A DNA stretch of 59,531 nt, the filler included, from Sphacelaria rigidula (taxonomy: Eukaryota), in assembly GCA_964200075.2 (NCBI GenBank). It is 9 parts of 9 records of this genome, joined end to end, with 100 filler letters (N's around TTAATTAATTAA, not from the genome) between each part and the next. Parts side by side here need not be neighbours in the genome. Positions count along the whole stretch, not along the records: positions 6,627 to 13,152 come from CAXNAA020019543.1; positions 13,253 to 19,778 come from CAXNAA020019544.1; positions 19,879 to 26,404 come from CAXNAA020019545.1; 6 more parts are not named here. One strand, given 5' to 3'. A model generated the notes under the pieces. The model was not told where the DNA came from, ran no database searches, and saw only the letters and a program-made list of their open reading frames with translations. The position numbers and the translations under genes are program-made. Of the stretch, positions 11,654 through 22,160 are shown in pieces (position 1 is the first letter of the stretch; the number at the start of each line of letters is the position of its first letter).

Positions 11654-13449
11654 GAACTTCGAGAAGTGTCCGAATGTTTGACGACATTTTATCGACCACA
11701 TATTATGTTTCTTCCGTTCTTTGGATGCGCTCGATTTAGATGAAATGTTTGACATGCAGAAATTGCGCGTCAAGGTAGCGACCTCCTTATTCAGACGCCG
11801 CATACACCTCCACGCAGCTGACAAAATACCGGCATTTAACCATGGAAAAACCGTGCTTTTCCAACTTTTACCCTCAAAACCCGGCAATAACAGGTCATTT
11901 TCCGATTTTGTTTGCTGAGGTCGCTTTTTATTTTAGACTGGAAATAGTCTCTGAGAAAAGTCATTTTGGACGACTTTTCTCAGGGACTTTTTGTCCAGAG
12001 AAATCAGTTTTCAAAACCCCACCTTATAGCCTACGGAAAAATTCTGGGGATTTGTACGCTGGAGGCCATGATTAAGCCTGCGTGCAGACGGTGATAGTGG
12101 GCATCACTTGCATTTTGTGCTTGTGCCACCTGTGGTAAACCAACACGTAAATAATCCCGTCGAGGTACAGGCTAAACGGGATGGCAACACACACACACAC
12201 ATACACACGCGCGCGCGCACGCGCACAGTAGCTACTGGTATAATATGGATCGGAATGATGAGCGTGTCAACCCTTACTTCAGCTGATCATCGCTTTGTGC
12301 AGTAGTCCTGTCGTGAGGCAGCAACCGTCTTAGTAAACAGAATACTACAGAGTACGCAATCGGTGGCGGGCACGACGAGCATGAAACGATACGAGCAGTC
12401 AACGCGGCCAGCAGGGGCGACATTGTGCTACTTTTCGGTGAACGCTGCCCGCAAAAAAGCACTGTATTGTCTGTACTGTCTGTCCCCGGTCCTACAGTCA
12501 TGAAGAGGATGCACGGAGTGCTGCAGCAGCTATGCTGTTGCCACGGTACTATATACACAAGATGCACAGCTACTTTTGCACTCAATGTACTACGTTTGTA
12601 TGCGAGGAGTGTGTGATGGAGCACTGACTGTACCATTTCGGGTGCGGTGTGCGAGGAATGTGTGATGGAACGACATATCCCAGACAGAGAAACGTCTCTG
12701 AGAATCGATGACTTATCGCGAAGAGATATGGAAAAATCCCGCTGTCTGGAAGTTTTGGCTAGTTTCCAGAGACTTTTTAAATGAAAAATGTCACTATAAG
12801 ATCGCGTTCTGAAAAAATAAACTCTGGAAACTGACCAAAACGACTATTCTCAGAAAAAAATTCAGTCCATAAGAAGCGGCTTGAGTACGGTACTTGCCCT
12901 GAAAAAGATAACAACCCGCCGCCCCCAATGGAAGCGAGTGAAAAATAAGCACAGACGGGGAGAACTGGGGAGAAAGCATCGGGGGTTAGATCTAAGTAGA
13001 TAACTAATCACGTGACACTGCGGAAGAATGAAGTAAGCGTGACCGTTAGGGATGCTAAATGGGGGCGGGGCGGGGGGTGGGTTGTTCTCATGATCATGCA
13101 TGCCATAGTCGTAAGACCATTGACCTGGCATCCCTACGAAGCCGGGACGGAGNNNNNNNNNNNNNNNNNNNNNNNNNNNNNNNNNNNNNNNNNNNNTTAA
13201 TTAATTAANNNNNNNNNNNNNNNNNNNNNNNNNNNNNNNNNNNNNNNNNNNNTGAAGCGCCTCATATTGGCGACATTGTCGAGAACGAGCCCAAGCGTGG
13301 GAATTCCCAGCTGCTCGTTGTGCTCGGCTTTTGCCATTTCGATTTACGTGAAGATGTTGCCTCCCCGGACCCTGCACTTTCTGGGGGGGGGCTATCGTAG
13401 AAAGTGTCTCGTGTACACGTTTTTTGTGCTTCTGCTTCCCCCCGTGTTT

Positions 13450-13481
<32 letters not shown>

Positions 13482-14465
13482 CAGTATTTTGGCTCGATCA
13501 CTCAACTGCAAATGTGTCAATTCGTGTCGAATATGTTGTGTTTTTGCCTTTCCCCGTGTTGTATCTTGACTCGATCCTTCAACAATTGCAGATTCGTCCA
13601 TTCGTATGCATGTGTGCTCACGGCAGACTTTTTGTGACTTTGGTTCACGCCGAACAGCCTTCGCTGCAGTACATAGAATCCTCAAAGGCCCTCGCAGCCA
13701 AACTGCCGACCCCCGCCCGTGTTTGCGACGTTTTGGGGATGGGGCATCGGGGGGGGAGGGGCGTGCTCATTTGTTGCTTGCCTTTGTCGTTTAAGCAATG
13801 ACCACGCATCCCTTTCGGCAAGAAATACCGTTCCCACTCCTAATAGAGCCACCTCCAATATTTGGGCGCTCATTACGTTTCTTCAATACAGTACACGAAA
13901 ACGGTTTACTTAACTCGTTCCCTTTCCTTTTTCGCGGAGGGGGAAGGGGATTCTACAAACTCGCACATTTCCGCACTGTTTGCTCCATTCTCTTTTCTGT
14001 GTGATACGAGCCACAGGGTGTACTCGTTGTATTGCATGCCATGGTCATGAAACCATTGACCCCGCATCCTTACCAAACCAGGACGAAGCACGCTGGCTTT
14101 TTCTCACTCTAACCCTAGGGGGGGGGGGGGGGAATAGTCTCGTTCATCTCGCTGCCATATTGAAGCTATCATCGAAATAGCAAATGCCAGAAGAAGTCAG
14201 CGCTTGACTTGTGCACTGTCCATTGCAAGCTGGTGTGACTCTTTCGGGCGGTCACTGTTGACAAAAAATGTTTTTTGTTGTTGTTGTTCCTTCCTGTGTG
14301 TGTACTTATTTGCGTCAGCGGCCTCGTAGTGAGGATTTCTGTGTGCGGTTACGTCTCACGTGAGTGGTGTCCTGGAAACTATATGTTACTATTATATCAA
14401 CTTGGGAAGCAGTGATGATGATGATGATGACGACGATGATAAAACAAAAACAAAACAAATTGCAG

Positions 14466-14614
14466 GTGTTGGACTTGGGCTACGAAGAAGACCATACGTT
14501 GAACAACGCCAAGCTGTCGGTGATGGCGGTGGCGTGTGTCTTCGCCACGGTTGCCCAGTTCTGGCCGCAACCCTTCCCGGAGAGCCGATCGCTTCTTGCT
14601 GTGTGTTGCGTCAG
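14466..14614 (+). CDS. SPCS2: Internal exon of signal peptidase complex subunit 2 (SPC25 family)
   Basis: ttgcag| VLDLGYEEDHTLNNAKLSVMAVACVFATVAQFWPQPFPESRSLLAVCCV(S) |gtaagt. Matches the SPC25 pattern Y.E....D.RL...CFFA.VA..W...PFPESK.VLA.CV.SY. Other exons not found in this contig. Confidence 0.85.
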
Positions 14615-14812
14615 GTAAGTGGGGCCTCAAGGCTGTCCTACTGCTTGAGATCGAGGCCCGCAACAGCGCTAGAGTACACTTGGAGAACATAACTACATAT
14701 GACCACGGCTGGACCCCAGGTTAGGGTACAGTCCGAGTGTGGCCAATTTAGTGTTCCGATACTCCCAGGTTCGGCTCTGGAATGTCCGCTGCATTTGATG
14801 GTGTGTATACTC

Positions 14813-15370
14813 TGGCAAATCGAAGATGTACGGGGACAGAGTCTACTTAATTTAATTAGCGGGCGAAGCCCGCATCACGAGCCAAACCTCCCACACGAAG
14901 AGTAGGGTGACCCAAAGTGATTGGACAGAAGCGCGACTACGGCCGAGTGTTCAAACTCGGCACAGGTCCAAAGTTGAAGACCTGTCCACGATCAGACGGG
15001 GGACTAAAACATGGGACACATCCTGTTTCACTACTGTACCGCAGCAAAAACACTCAAGCCTCTCTCATGTGTCGGAACTTCCACTGTCTATCCTGTTGTA
15101 GTGTGTTCATACATTGCAAAGACGGTTTGGATTGCATGAGCTGCGATATTATTGTCGTTGTGTTCGTCTCTCCAGAAAACAATGTTGGTCGGCACGCAGT
15201 GCTGGCTGCACACTGTCGAAAGTTTCATGGGTGAGTTGACTGTTTCGTCTTCGGTAAGACGAACAACGCGCTGTCCGCTGCTGCGACACCCCTGCTGGTG
15301 CCGTGCGTTGGGCGCCTGTACTGTACTGTACTGTTGTATTGTGTTCGGTGTACAATACTGTACTGAGTAG
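14813..15370 (+). repeat. Dispersed repeat family B (~560 bp), unclassified
   Basis: Highly similar copy at 49670-50250 on another contig. A further shared block lies at 16160-16252 / 50293-50351. Confidence 0.9.
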
Positions 15371-16294
15371 GAATGGGGACCCTAACGACCAAAAATCGGC
15401 ACAAGATATCAAACAAGAAATAACGCGGAGGAATAGTGAACACGTCAGTAGGTGGTCGGACCTGTGCGGAAGCCCTCACGAACTGAACACACGCTTCATC
15501 ACTTTACTAAATTGGTTTAGTATGGGAAAGCTGTAGCACTGGAGATCGCGCGGTTCTCGACACAAGAAGCAAGCCGGTTCACGGCACTTGACGGCCCCCC
15601 GCATACACACAAGATAGTAGGGGACCTAGTTTGATATTTTGCTGGCGTCGCGTCAGCGGCACGAAAATCCCCTCTCAGAGCGAACACCTTATTTTAGTAT
15701 ATTTAGGTTATTTGCGAGTCAGCATCACACGCAAACGCGAAAACCAAACTAGGCGACATAGCTTGGGTGTGTGGGAGTCGCACGCAAGAAACCGCAGTCC
15801 AATCACCCGCTTCGTTGCCGAGTTGTAAGCGTTGCGCGATCGGCACTTTTGGGTTGAGGAGCAGTAGCGTCTTACGAGGTCGAAGATGAAAAATTCGAAG
15901 AAATCGGTGCGCATACCACTCTTCCTCCTGGAAGCAAGTTGTGACAACATGCACTTGGTGCGTGCCCCCAGACGCTGCTTCGTTCCGAGCGGCCGTGCAC
16001 GAAGGGCAAATTCGCCTTTCAACAGCGAGTATCCTTTGAAGTGTCGAATTACAGAGGGAGAGTCGACAGAAGAAGGACAAAGCTGGCGGCTGCTTCTTGG
16101 CAGGGCTCCAGTACAGAAGTCGAGGCGTCGAGAGTGATTTTAGTACGAGTATGTGCGGTTTTAGAGTACTCCCCTGGCGATTCCCAAGCGGAATGGAGCA
16201 AAGTAATTGGTATGTTACCAAGTGAATCTGTCCCGCTCCAAATGCAGTCTGCCTATATTGTCCAGCTACTCTGGAATACTCTGAACTTTCGCAC

Positions 16295-16636
16295 GTGTGT
16301 GTGTGTGTGTTGTCGTCCCATTTATTCTGGGCGCCAGTCTTCCCCTTTCGGGATATGTGGGCGCAGCAGCCGGGGTCACACAGGAAAAAGGTCAACACAG
16401 GAGCTTTTTTATTTATTTTTTATACTCCAACTTCCTTCTGCGGTGCTTGCCTTTTATTTTTTATCGCGAGAGGGGTCCAGCAGTCCCTTTCCCTCGTCGA
16501 CTGCTAAGTCGAATGTTGTGTACCCACGACGTAGTCGCTCTCCACTGTTGTTGGGCATGGTGAAAGAAAAAATCCCAGATCGCTCCGAGAATCGAACCCC
16601 ACAACCCAACCATCAGAAGGTTACGAGGTTACCAAC
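16295..16636 (-). mobile_element. tRNA-derived SINE with (CA)n tail
   Basis: Minus-strand head gttggtaacctcgtaaccttctgatgg...ggGGTTCGATTCtc (tRNA-like, B box). The body ends ...cctgtgtgaccccggctg...cccagaataaatgggacgacaacacacacac. 3' parts recur at 19900-20013 and 39757-39831. Resembles, from memory, an abundant brown-algal repeat. Confidence 0.75.
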
Positions 16637-16960
16637 CCAAAATACTCTGTTCCGGTCAACGTTTCGAGCCTCCAGAGGAACTAAACGCTTGCAGAGGGTA
16701 CGCGGCTCTCCCGAGGGGTGGGATCAAACGCCTCCAGAGGCTTATTTTGCCTCTGGAGAGCCGCGCATCCTCCGGAGGAATTTGGAGGATGCGCGGCCCT
16801 CCAGAGCGCCATATTTTTTGTCACTCTCGAGGGATTCAGACCTCAGAAGTCACCGGAGCATCAGATTCCCTCCAGAGGATTCGTTCATGACCGCACCTGG
16901 AGATGAAATACTCTTTAGAGGGTATTTTAGCCTCGGGAGGATGAAAATCGCGATGGAGGA
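16637..16960 (+). repeat. Array of palindromic CCTCYRGAGG motifs with variable spacers
   Basis: Motif recurs about every 20 bp. Homologous second copy at 19247-19558. Confidence 0.8.
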
Positions 16961-19246
16961 TTTTCATGGAGATAGCCAAGTGCCCGCGTGTGAGATGATA
17001 GGGTAGTAGGGTAGGGTTGTATCGGGTGCCCCCAACCCCTCTGTGATTCACTCTCTTTGGATACCTGGACACAACCCGCTGTGGCCGCCGTTGCTCTGAG
17101 CTCCAAGTGAGTCCTTACTGGTGAGCCTTAGTTGTAGGCACTATTGGCTCTGGTTAGTACTGTATAATATAAGGGGATGTCCCAGCTCTGTGAACGCCTT
17201 GCATTGGTTTGTCCAACAGCAACTTGATTTGACGTTGACTATTATTACGCAGATTTACCAGCAACCGATGCACACACGGCTTCATCCTCTGTTCGTGAGA
17301 ACCAACAGGACAAGCGTGTAGTGTCGCTTCCCTTCTCAGGGGGTAGCACACTATATTACATCATAATTGGATCCTAGCTGAAGCCCCATGATGCGATAGT
17401 ATTGCGTGTAGAGAGAGGGTTTTGCCCTCAAATGAGGCTCGCAAGTACGTCAAAATAAAAGTCTTGGTCACACACAGAAGCAGCGGCTTGAGCCATGTTG
17501 TCTTTTCTTCAAAACTGGCCTCACAGTGCATGCATGTAGAGCCCAAGTTGATCTCAGGCGGTGGGAGAAACCAATTATTTTGATTGTACAATAAAGACAA
17601 GTAGGTCCTTACCCAGATGCAAAGGCTCACGAGTAGGGACTCGGTTGGCCCATAGGAGCAGAGAATATTGTCCAAAGGAATGATGCTACGGTAGGGGTGC
17701 ACAATACTTTCTAAGATGATAAATGTTAGGAGCCCTACATCTCATCCAAAACACGACCTGACAGCGGATTCTCTTGGGTCCGGTCCAACGTGAGAAGATA
17801 CTGTCGAACAGCAATACCAAATTTTGCTGGGATTGGCATGAGGCAATCAGTACAGAACTGAACAGGAATGGACAGGTTCAACGTTCCTAGTGAAAAACAA
17901 TGCGCATGAAACGGTTTGCAGGTGGAAAAATGCGGATTTTATTGGAGGAGAAACTCTGTGTGCCCCCGTCAGTGTTAAATGCGCTTGGAAAAACTATATT
18001 GTCGTTTTTTCATACCTGGCGGGGGGACGGCGAAGCCACCCTTCCTCAGCTCTTGAGAATCCTTCAAATTGTGTGGAATAAGTTGAGGAAATCGAAGTGT
18101 TTAGGTTATTACAGCCGTTGTACAACTCCGTGCGTGCATGTTTTTACGGTGACTACTGTGCCGACGACAGTCAGCACAGTAGAGCAACGAAAGCTAGCTA
18201 TGATCGGGTTTGCCTGCCGTACTGCCGACATCATTGCATGAAAGCCACAAGACCTTTGCGGTCGGCCGTTGATAGCGTGGGTGTCAAATGCAACGACAAG
18301 TGGTTGATCATAGAGCACTTATGTTCCTCGTGAGGTCGTGCTTCGCCCCAGCTTGTAATGCATAAACTCCTTCTCACATCTGAATTATGGAAAGCTACTG
18401 TACCACGGTGTTCACGCAGCGGGTGTGTGCTCCAGATTGCAGCGTGGAGGCACTCCTATGCCCCACGCTAGCAACAGTTAGGTCACCACCATAGGTATTT
18501 TTTTTCACTCCACATGTCAAGAAGGTCTCCACAAGTGTTCGATCTCTCATACACGCCCCCAACTGGCGTGTGACATGCTCTTGTCGTCGCGCACCCAGAT
18601 GATCACATGTTGGGTAAAATCAACGATGAATAACACCCCCCAAGTTCCAGTTGGATCTGGTTTGCCGTAGCACCGTCCTTGCTGGCATGTGTGTGACAGA
18701 GGACGGTAGCGTTGACGGGAACATCGCCCTGTTATTCAACGACATGTTCTGCAGCGCACAGAGGCGTGTCCTGTCCAAAAAAAAAGGCAGAGAGAAATCG
18801 ATCTTCGCACTGGTGAGCTCCACAGAGAAGAAGAGACGAGATCCCTCCACACCTCGATGTTCTTTGGGGGGCTGTGCAGCAACATAACATGCTTACTGGC
18901 ACATGAAAAATTCGGTGCATGCTGGTAACATGCATGATGCCAGTCTCTCGAGTGATTGGTATCCGCCGAGCGAGGGCAAACAAAGGACACGGGCGAGGAG
19001 GAGCTTCCTCTCTGTCGTTGCTTGTCTCTCTGGTGATATCGTCATCGATACGTGTGTAAACCGCATTCGTTCGGTGTACCTAGCCACAACCGCTCAACTG
19101 CCGTAGACATTTGGGGGGCAATATGATTTCGCTCCGTGTAACTGTTTCGCGTCAACCCTGCAAACAAGATATGCCACTTGAACGTCATTTTAGATATCAA
19201 CCCCAAAATAAGAATCCGCTGTTACTCACACACGCGGCCATTTGGC

Positions 19247-19558
19247 TACCCCCAAAATTCCTTCAGGTCGGTCAACTTTTCGAGTCTCCGGAGGAATCAA
19301 ACGCCCCCGGAGGAGTGCGCGGCCCTCCAGGGGAGTTTTGTTGGTTTCTTCCAGAGGGTTGAAACCCCTCCGCAGGTTTGTTTTTGCCTCGAGAGGGCTG
19401 CGCATCTCTCCGAAGGCATTTTGCTACCCCGAAATTCCTCTGGAGGGGTGCGCGGCCCTCCAGATAGGTAGTGTTTGGTTTTCTCCAGAGGGATCGAAGG
19501 CCTCCGGAGGCTTGTTTTGCCCCTGGAGGGTGAAGCACCCTGCTCGCCCGAGGGTCTC
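19247..19558 (+). repeat. Second CCTCYRGAGG array element
   Basis: Shares the start cccaaaat...cggtcaac.tttcgag.ctcc.gaggaa..aaacgc with 16637. Confidence 0.8.
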
Positions 19559-20357
19559 GGGTGCCTTGGGTGGGGGTTACGGTTAGTGTTGGTGTTAGTG
19601 TTACTGTGTGACTTCCATGATATTTCCCATCAACCTCTGTGTACTAACACTTCTTGAGGCCCTGTCCTGAATTCACCGCGATTTCGAAGATATTTGAAGC
19701 CGAATGGCGTAATTTTCTTGCCTCCGACGGCGCCTTCGGCGAGGTCCCCTTGACAGCCGGGGGGGAGGGGGGGGGAGANNNNNNNNNNNNNNNNNNNNNN
19801 NNNNNNNNNNNNNNNNNNNNNNTTAATTAATTAANNNNNNNNNNNNNNNNNNNNNNNNNNNNNNNNNNNNNNNNNNNNAAAAAAGGTGTAGTGCTGAAAA
19901 AAAAAAAAATCCTCTGTTGGCCCTCCTCCTGTGTGACCCCGACTGGTGCGCCCACATATACCGCTAGGTGTTGACCGGCGTCCAAAATAGACGGGACGAC
20001 AACTCACACACACAGTATCGTCAACGCAGCCTCCGGATACGAACCCGGCACAGTACACAGCATTGGGCACACAGGCAGTGCACCTCGGCGCCCGCTTGTC
20101 ATTCACAAGTCCTGCACATGTCGGTGTGTCGTACAGCACTATTGAGTTGAGACAGTTCAGAGTTGTACTGACTGTACACTGTTGTTAAACTGTACTGTCT
20201 GTAGACAGTTTTGTAAAATTTCTGTAGTATGAGTGTTCTATACTGTACAACTGTCTGGAGTAAAAGTGTGCACATGCGCATGTGTGTGCGTTTGCATACT
20301 TTGAGAAAGTACAGTAGTTCTCAATAAAGGTTCACCATACGCAGTAATCCTAGCTGC

Positions 20358-20625
20358 GTGGAGGCGAACGGGGGAACAGAGACACCTATCGACCTGGCTG
20401 AAGATGATGTGGAAGGGCTGAAGTGGGCCACTAATGTCGCCGCTACGAGGATCTCGACAAAATGGCCACACAACGGTGATGTACCTGCGCGAGCAAACGC
20501 AAGCTTCACGTTGGGTGGCCGTTTTGTCAAGTCCTCGTGGCAGCTGCTTGAGCGGCCGACTCCCGCCATTTCGCATCATCATAAGCCAGGTCGACTCGTG
20601 TCTCGGCTCCCCCGTTCGCCTTCAT
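20358..20625. repeat. Imperfect inverted repeat, ~118-bp arms, ~33-nt loop
   Basis: 20358-20475 aligns with the reverse complement of 20509-20625. Confidence 0.9.
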
Positions 20626-21973
20626 GTGCTCCTCGTAGTCTTGGTTCACTCTCGTGAACGAGCTGCTATCACCAGCGCTGTCGCGGGCGTTCACGGCATC
20701 CGCCATCGCCTAACCTACGATATTTGTCTTGCGGCTGTGTTCTGTAACCTTGGTCGTTATGGGGCAGGGTGTCTCGTTCCGTTTCATGACCCTGAGTATG
20801 GCACCAACCCTTTGGGGTGTTTGGCAGCTCAGGGTTTATTTGAAAATTTGAAAATTAATCCTGAGTTGCTGCGCATGTGTCTTCTCAGGGTTCAGTTTTC
20901 GGGGCTTACCTAAGGGAATTCGTCATATCCTGGCCTTAAATCCCAACCTCCAAACCCTGACCCTGAGTTTTTCCGGCCGGTTTTGTGTTTTCGAAACTCT
21001 CTCGTACGCAACTTTGGATGAACGAGTTTTTTTTTTTTTTTCTTCACCATTTTACGGGTGTCCGATTGGATCGATGTTTCCCGGGAAAACTGGGACCCCC
21101 GAAAAACGGTGGGAAAAGTAAAAAAGTCGAGAAACCTCGACCTTCAACAGTTGCGTAATGCCCCATAGAAAATCTGTGCAAAATCTCAGGGTCTAACTCC
21201 TTAAAACGGCGTGAGGTTATGCCGATCAGTGTTTTTTGGGTGATGAGCCTGAACTAGCTTGTATTACTTTTTCGATTTTTTTCCCGTCAATAATCATTCC
21301 GAAATTAATAAACCTTGAGCGTGTCATTCCCGAGGCGAAAATAGGGCGAGTGTCTCATTTCGTGATTCATGGTCTATCACGAGTTAAAAGTCATAGCTGA
21401 AACCTTATATTGTGCATTGAGTTTGTATGCAATATGTGGAAGACTCCTCTTTGCAGTGACATACCAGAGACTAATGCCACACATGTATGAAGAACCAGCG
21501 CAAGCAGGTACAAGGTAGGAACGATCCGAAAGGATCAGATTACCAGGAACTCTGTAATGCAAACGGTACTGGACAACTTTGGGTGATGCCGGGAAGAGCA
21601 AGATATCAGGAAGGACCAACATCCCCCCGAGAAAGTGGTCGCCCCTGGCGACCACTTCTCGTCTGACCCAACTTCTTGCCTACATAAACACGAGGAAATC
21701 ATCGCTAGCCTCTGAGTTCCTTCGGCATCAGGACGGCAGTTTCCCGTGTAGGTCTCTGACTACTCTAGCGATACGCCTTCCTTACATTGGCGACACCAGA
21801 GCAGAACTCAGGCAAGACAGGCCTCAGAAGTAAAAAACTAGAAGAAGAACCGACTGCTCCCCGACACCCGAAACACTATGGTCCTCCAAGGAACGCTACT
21901 CCAGGTGAAACGCATTGGTCATGTGCATAATTATTGGAGTTGAGAGGTTATTGGAGTCATGTTTTTGGATCAA

Positions 21974-22160
21974 CGCGAAATTTGCCCCCTCAGTGCGCAT
22001 TTATATGTCACCCGCATGACTAATCAAACAGCGAAACGCGAAGTTAGACTCCTCAGTGTGCAGTACATGTCACCTGTATGGCTAGTCAAACAGCGAAAAC
22101 GCGAAATTAATCTCATCAGCGTACATTATGTCACCAGGATGACTAATTAAACAGCGAAAC
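21974..22160. repeat. 63-bp minisatellite x3 (diverged)
   Basis: Units start cgcgaa at 21974, 22037 and 22100, and end caaacagcgaaa-like. Confidence 0.9.

Noticed and set aside
11460..11720. Direct repeat after poly-G tracts
   Set aside because: Spans an N gap and homopolymers; it may be an assembly artefact or a trivial local repeat.
13253..13340. Possible minus-strand gene start MAKAEHNEQLGIPTLGLVLDNVANMRRF
   Set aside because: Too short, cut by the contig end, and not recognised.
16041..17006. 321-aa ORF
   Set aside because: Reads through repeat B, the antisense SINE and the palindrome array; a chance open frame.
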